Part shown: piece after piece, positions 1 through 6,217 of the stretch
How the letters are laid out: each line of letters opens with the position of its first letter
How positions within the stretch are numbered: the stretch's first letter is position 1
NCBI GenBank assembly: GCA_964465625.1
Contig: CAYXIC010000001.1
Span: 1 to 43,550, forward strand
DNA length: 43,550 nt
Direction: 5' to 3'
Source: Candidatus Woesearchaeota archaeon
GTDB lineage: Archaea > Nanobdellota > Nanobdellia > Pacearchaeales > GW2011-AR1
Translations under genes and position numbers: made by a program
The notes under the pieces: model-generated
The model's input: the letters and a program-made list of their open reading frames with translations, nothing else
What the model was told of the DNA's origin: nothing
Database searches by the model: none

Positions 1-48
1 GAGTACTGGAATGTCGAGGGAAAATTGATAGTAAAGAGGAAACTGTAA
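1..48 (+). CDS. 3' end of an unidentified upstream CDS (partial)
   Basis: Frame 1 is open from the window edge (EYWNVEGKLIVKRKL) to TAA at 46-48. That stop forms the recurrent TAAAATG stop-start junction with the next gene. Too short to identify. Confidence 0.25.
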   Translation, partial: EYWNVEGKLIVKRKL

Positions 49-49
49 A

Positions 50-211
50 ATGGCAAAAATAATAGAGGCGCAAAACAGGCTTTTCAAGAATGTCTTTGTC
101 TGCAAGAGATGCAGTTCCAAAATAAAGTCCAACCCGACAAAAATTCTCGAGGGAAAGGTAAAATGCAGAAAATGCAACAGCAAGGCATTCAGGCCTTTGA
201 GAAGAAAATAA
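50..211 (+). CDS. rpl40e: ribosomal protein eL40 (L40e), 53 aa
   Basis: Hand translation gives MAKIIEAQNRLFKNVFVCKRCSSKIKSNPTKILEGKVKCRKCNSKAFRPLRRK. It has a CxxC...CxxC zinc ribbon and the size and pattern typical of archaeal L40e. It is below the 60-aa cut-off of the ORF track. Confidence 0.8.
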   Translation: MAKIIEAQNRLFKNVFVCKRCSSKIKSNPTKILEGKVKCRKCNSKAFRPLRRK

Positions 212-245
212 AAAATACGAGAATAAAGAGGCTTAAAAAAGATAA

Positions 246-1700
246 ATGGCTGTAAATGCGTTCATCATACTTGACCTAATACTTTTGGTAGTTATTCTTG
301 CCTCTTTGGTATTTTTTCTGAGGAAAAACAAGGAAAGGCTTTCCAAAGACGGGATTTTGTACCTTTACAAAACTACCTGGGGAATAAAACTGATAGACAA
401 AATAGGGAACAGGTACAAAAAAACCCTTGAGTTTTCGGCTTATCTGTCAATCGTAGTGGGTTATTTGCTTATGATTGGCATCCTTTACCTTCTCGGATTG
501 ACGGTTTTCCAGTATCTCACAAGGCCGGAAATCGTTGAGACGATAAGGGCTCCCCCAATAGCCCCGGTAATCCCGTACTTTCCGCAGCTGTTCGGATTGG
601 GGGAATTCTTTCCGCCCCTGTATACGATTTATTTTATTGCCTCCATACTCATAGTTGCCACAATCCATGAGTTCTCCCACGGAGTTTTTGCAAAGAGATG
701 GGGCGTAAGGATAAAAACCACCGGCTTTGCGTTCCTCAGGTTTTTTCCGGTGATATTCGGCGCGTTTGTTGAGCCTGATGAAAAACAAATGAAGAAAAAA
801 AGCAAATTCCAGGAAATGTCGGTTCTTTCGGCGGGTGTTTTTGCAAATGTCATAACGGGAATTGTTTTTTTCATTTTGCTCGTGCTGTTCTTCCACGCTG
901 CATTCTCTCCTGCGGGAATTGCATTTAGCACATATCCCTATTCTTCGGTTAACGTCTCAACCATCTCCTCTGTAAATGATATCGGCTTAAACGATCCGAC
1001 TTATGAGAAAATTCTTGGCTTGACAAACGAACAGGGTTACAGCAAAGTAAGGGCAGACGGCATAGGTTATGTGATTACCAAGGAATCTTTGGAAAGGCAG
1101 AAAAGCAACGGCAGCATATCTTTTTATTACGACGCCCCTGCAATCAACTCTGATCTTGAGAGAGTTATACTAAAAATAAACGGAAACGAAATTACAGACA
1201 TAGAAGACCTAAGAGACGACATTTCCAACCGTCTTCCCGGGGAAAAAATAACCCTCACTGTGCTGGGCGATGACGGAGAGAGTTACAACAGAGACGTGAT
1301 TTTGGGCGAAAACCCGGCGCAAAACGGCTCTGCCTGGCTAGGAATTGCGTTCTTTGAAGACAACAAAGGGTTTGTTAAAAAAGAATTTCTCCATTTTATG
1401 AGCTCGTTCAGGTCTGAAAATCTCGGCTTTTTCGGAAATACCTATTACGAGCCGTTGATGGGAAAATTTTCCGGATTCATTTACTATCTGATTTGGTGGA
1501 TTGTCCTGATAAACTTCCTTGTCGCCCTGTTTAACATGCTTCCAGTAAGCATTCTTGACGGAGGGAGATTTTTTTACCTGACTGTCCTGGCCGCAACGGG
1601 CTCTGAAAGGGCGGCAAAAAACGCCTACGGATTTTTCGGATACGCGATACTTTTTGTTTTTCTTCTCCTGATGTTCAGGTGGGTTTTCAGCTTTTTGTGA
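246..1700 (+). CDS. M50 family site-2 metalloprotease with PDZ-like insert
   Basis: HEFSH zinc motif at 666-680, multiple hydrophobic helices, and a soluble central segment. The C-terminal NMLPVSILDGG matches the NxxPxxxLDG motif of S2P proteases. Confidence 0.85.
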   Translation: MAVNAFIILDLILLVVILASLVFFLRKNKERLSKDGILYLYKTTWGIKLIDKIGNRYKKTLEFSAYLSIVVGYLLMIGILYLLGLTVFQYLTRPEIVETIRAPPIAPVIPYFPQLFGLGEFFPPLYTIYFIASILIVATIHEFSHGVFAKRWGVRIKTTGFAFLRFFPVIFGAFVEPDEKQMKKKSKFQEMSVLSAGVFANVITGIVFFILLVLFFHAAFSPAGIAFSTYPYSSVNVSTISSVNDIGLNDPTYEKILGLTNEQGYSKVRADGIGYVITKESLERQKSNGSISFYYDAPAINSDLERVILKINGNEITDIEDLRDDISNRLPGEKITLTVLGDDGESYNRDVILGENPAQNGSAWLGIAFFEDNKGFVKKEFLHFMSSFRSENLGFFGNTYYEPLMGKFSGFIYYLIWWIVLINFLVALFNMLPVSILDGGRFFYLTVLAATGSERAAKNAYGFFGYAILFVFLLLMFRWVFSFL

Positions 1701-1830
1701 TTTTTCCGACGGCAATTTCAAAAATTTCTTTTTGATGGACGTTTTGTTTTTGCTCAAAAAAATGCGCCGAGTCAGAAAAATATTTAAACTTAAATTACAT
1801 CTTAAAGTGTAAATAAAAAGAGGTGCTAAA

Positions 1831-1908
1831 ATGGCTAAAAAAAGAAAGAAGAAGGCGAAGAGGAAAACAAAAAGAAAGTCTTCAAAGAAGAAAAAAAGAA
1901 GAAGATAA
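1831..1908 (+). CDS. candidate 25-aa polybasic micro-protein (eL41-like?)
   Basis: ATG..TAA encodes MAKKRKKKAKRKTKRKSSKKKKRRR. AAAGAGGTG lies 8 nt upstream, an A/T-rich TATA-like box at about 1776-1790, and a T-rich tract follows the stop. Same length and charge class as eL41. Confidence 0.3.
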   Translation: MAKKRKKKAKRKTKRKSSKKKKRRR

Positions 1909-1943
1909 TTTATTCAATTTTTTATTATTTTTTTATTGATTTT
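1909..1943. terminator. T-rich tract between convergent genes (putative bidirectional archaeal terminator)
   Basis: TTTATTCAATTTTTTATTATTTTTTTATTGATTTTTC lies between the micro-ORF stop and the stop of the minus-strand 117-aa gene. Confidence 0.35.
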
Positions 1944-2297
1944 TCAAAATGTGATTACCCCTTCCTTGGTCAGGGCGACAAACCTTATCCCGACAGGAAG
2001 GTTGATCAAAGCGGATATCAGCGCCATGTGCTCCTTCCCTTCTCCTGATGCGATGCTTAATGCAACCTCGGTTCCCCTTATTTTTCCCCTGAGCTTTTCC
2101 AAAATCTCCTCCTTCAGGTCTTTTATTTTCCTTTCAAGGTCAACTTTGACAAAATCGAATTTTTTTTCAGAGGTGAACTTTCTCGCAAACTCGTCTCCGA
2201 CAACTATCACATTGTCCCATTCCCCGTACTTTATCAGCCCCGACACTTGCGCCCACGTTCCCTTTCCGGTAGACAAAAGAACCACCAATTCCATCAA
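1944..2297 (-). CDS. hypothetical protein, 117 aa
   Basis: Clean ORF (MMELVVLLSTGKGTW...SGEGKEHMAL...) with an alternating beta/alpha-looking pattern. The overlapping plus-strand ORF 1936-2310 translates to Ser/Phe/Leu-rich low complexity. No motif recognised. Confidence 0.5.
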   Translation of the reverse strand: MMELVVLLSTGKGTWAQVSGLIKYGEWDNVIVVGDEFARKFTSEKKFDFVKVDLERKIKDLKEEILEKLRGKIRGTEVALSIASGEGKEHMALISALINLPVGIRFVALTKEGVITF

Positions 2298-2455
2298 AAA
2301 GATAAAATAAATTTGTTTATAAGAATTTCTGTGAAAAACGCCTGAAAAGCTTTATAAACATGGATTTTCTCGGCTTGGAATACCGTTAATTAACTACATC
2401 GCCTTAACACCAAGACAAGGGTTCTGTGTTTTCGGCGCATAATGTAGGAGGTAAA

Positions 2456-3103
2456 ATGGATTTGGAAAAAAGCCTTAAGAATGCATTAGTGGAATTGAGG
2501 AAGGAAAAGGAAAGGAAGTTTGACCAAAGCGTCGACCTTCTGATCAACCTGCAAAAGTTCGACAATAAAAAGACTCCTCTTAACATATTCGTGTTTCTGC
2601 CCCACAAGGTCAAGGAAAAGAAGATCTGTGCCTTTCTGGAATCAAAAAACAAGAATTTGGAGACGATAACCAGGGAAGAGTTCAAAAAGTATTCCTCAAA
2701 GGGGGAGCTAAAAAGGCTAGTTAAAAGGTTTGACTTCTTTGTGTCGCAGGCGAGCCTGATGGCAAATGTCGCGACGGTTTTCGGAAGGTTTTTGGGGCCT
2801 GCCGGAAAGATGCCTTCCCCTCAGCTTGGAATTTTGACAAATGTTAATGACAGGGAAATAGAAAACCTCAAGGAAAGAATAAACAAGAGCGCAAGGATCA
2901 GGACAAAAGAGGCGAGCATAAAGCTTTCCATAGGAAAACAGAGCATGAAGGACGAGGAAATAGCGGAAAATGCCTCGGCGCTATATGGCGCTGTTTTGAA
3001 GGCTTTGCCAAAGGGAAAAGAAAACATAAAGAGCGTTGAAATAAAATTCACAATGACTAAACCTGTGAGGATAAGGGAAGATGAAAAAGAAAACAGCCAA
3101 TGA
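2456..3103 (+). CDS. rpl1: ribosomal protein uL1
   Basis: MDLEKSLKNALVELRKEKERKFDQSVDLLINL... is a typical L1 N-terminus. GGAGGT sits just upstream of ATG 2456, so the track start at 2426 is judged an upstream extension. Confidence 0.9.
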   Translation: MDLEKSLKNALVELRKEKERKFDQSVDLLINLQKFDNKKTPLNIFVFLPHKVKEKKICAFLESKNKNLETITREEFKKYSSKGELKRLVKRFDFFVSQASLMANVATVFGRFLGPAGKMPSPQLGILTNVNDREIENLKERINKSARIRTKEASIKLSIGKQSMKDEEIAENASALYGAVLKALPKGKENIKSVEIKFTMTKPVRIREDEKENSQ

Positions 3104-4013
3104 TGTGAAAAAGATCTCTGGCAAGAAGGTCGGAATCGTCAACGAGCTGTCGGAATTGGTAAGCGGCAAGGGCACTGTTCTTGTCGCGTCGATAAAAAAC
3201 CTTCCCGCATCCCAATTTCAGGAAATATCAAAAAAGCTGAGGGGAAAAGCGATAATAAAGGTTCCAAAAAAGAACCTCATTTTGAGGGTTTTGGAAAGCT
3301 CAAAAAGCGACAAAATAAAGGAGATGGAAAAGTACATTGAGGAGAATACCGCGATTTTATTTTCGGACATGGATTCTTTTGAACTTGCGTCCGAACTGCT
3401 TGAAAGCAAGAACTTTGTCGGCGCGAAAGCTGGCCAGGAAGCTCCGGAAGACATAGAGGTTTCGGCAGGGCCGACAGAAATGGTTCCAGGGCCTGCAATC
3501 TCTGAGCTTGGGGCACTGGGAATACAAATCCAGATAGAAAAAGGAAAGATAAGCATAAAGCAGCCGAAAGTCATCGTAAAAAAAGGCGAGAGAATATCTG
3601 AAAATGCGGCGGGAATAATGAACAAGCTTGACATAAAGCCGTTTCAGGTGGGGTTTGTTCCTTTGACGGCGTTCGACAACAAAAAAAACAAGATTTATCT
3701 TGAAATAAGGATTGACAGGGAAGGCGCGAAAAAAGATTTGAGAGAAAGCCACATGAAGTCTTTGGCATTCGCCGTTGAAAAACTGGCATATGTGTCAAAT
3801 GACACCATTTCTTTCCTGATAGGAAAGGCCGGAGTTCACGAGAAAGCGATTGTTAACTTGCTGGGCAGAGATAATGCTGATAAAGATTCCAAGACAAGCG
3901 AAAAAAATTCCAAATCCGATGCCAATGAAGAAGAATCCTCCAAAACAGATATAGAAATTATAAAAGATAAAAGTAAAGTTCAAAAACAAAATTCCGGGGA
4001 GGTTAAAAAATAA
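3081..4013 (+). CDS. rplP0: ribosomal stalk protein uL10 / P0
   Basis: The L10/P0-like N-terminal domain reads VGIVNELSELVSGKGTVLVASIKNLPASQFQEISKKLRG. Its position between L1 and P1 is as in other archaea. Confidence 0.9.
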   Translation: MKKKTANDVKKISGKKVGIVNELSELVSGKGTVLVASIKNLPASQFQEISKKLRGKAIIKVPKKNLILRVLESSKSDKIKEMEKYIEENTAILFSDMDSFELASELLESKNFVGAKAGQEAPEDIEVSAGPTEMVPGPAISELGALGIQIQIEKGKISIKQPKVIVKKGERISENAAGIMNKLDIKPFQVGFVPLTAFDNKKNKIYLEIRIDREGAKKDLRESHMKSLAFAVEKLAYVSNDTISFLIGKAGVHEKAIVNLLGRDNADKDSKTSEKNSKSDANEEESSKTDIEIIKDKSKVQKQNSGEVKK

Positions 4014-4315
4014 TGGAATACATATATGCGGCGCTTTTGCTGCACAAACTTGGCAAGGAGGTCAATGAAGACAGCGTGAAAAAGGTTGTTTCGGCCGCAG
4101 GGGCTGAATTTGACGAGTCAAAGGCAAAGTCTCTTGTCGCGAGCCTTAAGGGAGTTGACATAGCGAAGGAGCTTGAGAGTTCAAGCTTGGCTATTGCGGG
4201 TGCAGGAGCTTCTTCAAGCGCGTCTTCAGGAGAAGGAAAGGAAAAGAAGACCGAGGAAAAGAAGGAAGAAAAGCATGAAGCAGCAGCAGAGGGCTTGTCC
4301 GCTTTATTCGGATAA
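4013..4315 (+). CDS. rpl12: ribosomal stalk protein P1 (aL12)
   Basis: MEYIYAALLLHKLGKEVNEDSVKKVV..., followed by an Ala/Ser/Glu/Lys-rich hinge and the conserved C-terminal EGLSALFG. Confidence 0.9.
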   Translation: MEYIYAALLLHKLGKEVNEDSVKKVVSAAGAEFDESKAKSLVASLKGVDIAKELESSSLAIAGAGASSSASSGEGKEKKTEEKKEEKHEAAAEGLSALFG

Positions 4316-4317
4316 TC

Positions 4318-4330
4318 TGTTTTTTATTTG
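4318..4330 (+). terminator. oligo-T archaeal terminator after the stalk operon
   Basis: CTGTTTTTTATTT lies immediately after the P1 stop codon (4313-4315). Confidence 0.4.
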
Positions 4331-4398
4331 GGCGGACAATCCCGGGTTAGTAAGAACTCTTGAGATAATTTTATAAATGAATATTCTTGAGGTGAATT

Positions 4399-4653
4399 AT
4401 GAGTGAAAGGTCTATTGATGATTATGCAGTTGGATTAGTTGAAAGGCATCCCGGAGAATACGGTTTAACTGATTTAGTTAAAGAATTAAGACGAAAGGAA
4501 ATTGAAGAGGGAAGAGAAGATATGGGATTAAGAAAGGCGAGAGAGGTTGTAGAGAGATTGATTTCTGAAAGAAAAATTATAGGAAGGGAAAAAAGATTAG
4601 GTCTTTTAAACCATGTTAATTTTGGTGAGAGATATTATCTTCCAAATCAATAA
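4399..4653 (+). CDS. hypothetical protein, 84 aa (orphan F)
   Basis: ORF with GAGGTG upstream and a TTTTATAAA box about 30 nt upstream. About 33% GC by hand count (85/255). Charged, helix-rich sequence with no motif recognised. Confidence 0.5.
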   Translation: MSERSIDDYAVGLVERHPGEYGLTDLVKELRRKEIEEGREDMGLRKAREVVERLISERKIIGREKRLGLLNHVNFGERYYLPNQ

Positions 4654-4654
4654 A

Positions 4655-4662
4655 TTTTATAA
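4655..4662 (+). promoter_or_regulatory. TATA box for tRNA-Thr
   Basis: TTTTATAA is centred about 27-28 nt upstream of the mature tRNA 5' end at 4687. Confidence 0.45.
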
Positions 4663-4686
4663 CTTGTTCTTCCAAGATAGATACAT

Positions 4687-4760
4687 GCCCCTGTAGCTCA
4701 GCTTAGTAGAGCGCTGTCCTCGTAAGACAGAGGTCCCGAGTGCAATCCTCGGCGGGGGCT
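4687..4760 (+). tRNA. tRNA-Thr (anticodon CGU)
   Basis: Hand-folded cloverleaf. Acceptor GCCCCTG/CGGGGGC, D stem GCTC/GAGC, anticodon stem CTGTC/GACAG with loop CTCGTAA, T stem CCGAG/CTCGG, discriminator T. No encoded CCA. Confidence 0.85.
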
Positions 4761-4761
4761 T

Positions 4762-5682
4762 TTATATTGTAAAAATGTTTTTGAAAAAATCCGTTATTCT
4801 TTGAATAAATCTTGGTTTTTCTTTGTTTTTGATATTATTAGACTCTTCGATGACATTGCCCGTTATTTGATTTAAACTTTCCCCCTTTTCAATTTCTTCA
4901 GAATTATTCAGATTCTTATTTAATGGGTTTTTACTTTCTATGAGAGTTATGTTTGCGTTAGGAAAATCATTTTCAAAAAATATGCTCTCTACTACTATTT
5001 GTGAATAATTATCTAAATTAAAAGTCTTATTGCCAAAGATATATGTTTCATTATTAATTAAAAAGACGAAGTCACTTTCATTTTTACCAAATCCAATAGA
5101 ATAATCTTTGTTCAAACCCGAAAAATAGAATAACTCCTTTTCTCGGAAAAACAAATTTATCTTTACTATTTCATTATTTGATATTTCATTTATTTGTATT
5201 CCTTGTTTTTGAACGCATTTATTATTCAAGCATTTATTACTCTGACATTCAAAATCATTTTCACAAAATTTTTCAGTTATTTTTTGTGTAACAAGTTTTT
5301 TGCTACCTCCTTCACAATAAAAAAAAGTTTCGTTTAACCAAGAAAGTGGTTTGTTTTTATATTCTGGTTTTATTGTAACTCTTACTCCAAAACCATAACA
5401 TTGGTTATCGTGCCAGCAAAATCCTAGTCTATTGCAATCTTCTTTTGCAGTCAGTTTTTCAGGAATTGTTACAGAACTTGTTGTTTCTTTAATAATTGGC
5501 ACACATTCTCCAGAAATATGGCTTATTCCTATTCCATCTAAGGATGAGGTTATCGCAAGCCCATTTGATTCAAAAGTATATCCTTCAGGGCAATCATTAC
5601 TATCAGTTGCACCATTAATAAAATAAGGCATAAATACCATTAAGAATAAGAAAAAAACCACAGCAATTACTTCTTTTTTCAT
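4762..5682 (-). CDS. secreted or membrane-anchored Cys-rich, Asn-rich surface protein (hypothetical)
   Basis: N-terminal hydrophobic signal/anchor (VIAVVFFLFLMVFMPYF), then a Cys-rich module (CENDFECQSNKCLNNKC). Many N-x-S/T sequons in the C-terminal half. Very AT-rich (49 GC in the 180 nt 4801-4980). Confidence 0.6.
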   Translation of the reverse strand: MKKEVIAVVFFLFLMVFMPYFINGATDSNDCPEGYTFESNGLAITSSLDGIGISHISGECVPIIKETTSSVTIPEKLTAKEDCNRLGFCWHDNQCYGFGVRVTIKPEYKNKPLSWLNETFFYCEGGSKKLVTQKITEKFCENDFECQSNKCLNNKCVQKQGIQINEISNNEIVKINLFFREKELFYFSGLNKDYSIGFGKNESDFVFLINNETYIFGNKTFNLDNYSQIVVESIFFENDFPNANITLIESKNPLNKNLNNSEEIEKGESLNQITGNVIEESNNIKNKEKPRFIQRITDFFKNIFTI

Positions 5683-5731
5683 ATCTTTTAAGAAAGAAAG
5701 TGTTTTAAAAAACTTTACTAAAATTAAAAAA

Positions 5732-5843
5732 CGCCCCCGCCAGGAATCGAACCTGGAGGCCCGTGAGGGCCCGGTTTGCTATTTCCTTCACTCTATAACG
5801 AAGCAAACTCAAGACCGGTGCACTACCATTATGCGACAGGGGC
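5732..5843 (-). tRNA. tRNA-Ser (anticodon UGA) with a canonical-position intron
   Basis: The reverse complement folds with acceptor GCCCCTG/CGGGGGC, D arm GCAT-AATGGTA-GTGC, anticodon stem CCGGT/ACCGG and loop CTTGAG[intron]A. Long variable arm CCC-TCAC-GGG, T arm CCAGG-TTCGATT-CCTGG, discriminator G. Confidence 0.8.
5777..5807 (-). other. tRNA-Ser intron (about 31 nt, between positions 37 and 38)
   Basis: The insert TTTGCTTCGTTATAGAGTGAAGGAAATAGCA interrupts the anticodon loop. Its ends (TTTGCT...AGCAAA) can pair, as expected for a bulge-helix-bulge splice substrate. The exact borders are ambiguous by 1-2 nt. Confidence 0.7.
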
Positions 5844-5871
5844 TTGACAATATTTTTTGGTATTCCTCTTT

Positions 5872-5879
5872 ATTTAAAA
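5872..5879 (-). promoter_or_regulatory. TATA box for tRNA-Ser
   Basis: Minus-strand TTTTAAAT is centred about 32 nt upstream of the mature 5' end at 5843, which predicts a leader of only a few nt. Confidence 0.4.
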
Positions 5880-5897
5880 TTAACTGGCATAAATAGT

Positions 5898-6173
5898 TTA
5901 CCTGAACCAATCCAAAAATCTTCGCCACAATGACATTTTTCCGACATCCACCGGATTGTTGTTTTGGTCGTAAAGCTCGTATTTTATCTCCGGCTTGTCC
6001 TTTTCCCTCTTCCTGTCAGAAAGTTCCTTTTTCACCTTGGCCAAGGCCCTTGTGACCTCTGTCCTTGAGTTGCCCTGCTTTATAAGGGCCCATTTCAACG
6101 AATCCTCCGAGTATCCCTTCTCGAGGTTTGTCCTCAAATACCTCTCAATCCTGTCCTTGTACAGCTCATCCAT
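5898..6173 (-). CDS. hypothetical protein, 91 aa
   Basis: MDELYKDRIERYLRTNLEKGYSEDSLKWALIKQG... The track start at 6188 is a TTG only about 10 nt from the TATA-like TTTTTAAA. ATG 6173 lies about 27 nt downstream of that box, which fits a leaderless mRNA. Confidence 0.5.
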   Translation of the reverse strand: MDELYKDRIERYLRTNLEKGYSEDSLKWALIKQGNSRTEVTRALAKVKKELSDRKREKDKPEIKYELYDQNNNPVDVGKMSLWRRFLDWFR

Positions 6174-6217
6174 ATGAAAATATGACAAATGAAGTTTAAA
6201 AATTTAAGGAAATTGGC

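Noticed and set aside
1701-1830. A possible C/D-box sRNA (TGATGG resembling a C box) in the gap after the protease gene.
   Set aside because: There is no proper D box (CTGA), no terminal stem and no C'/D' pair. The similarity is a single degenerate hexamer.
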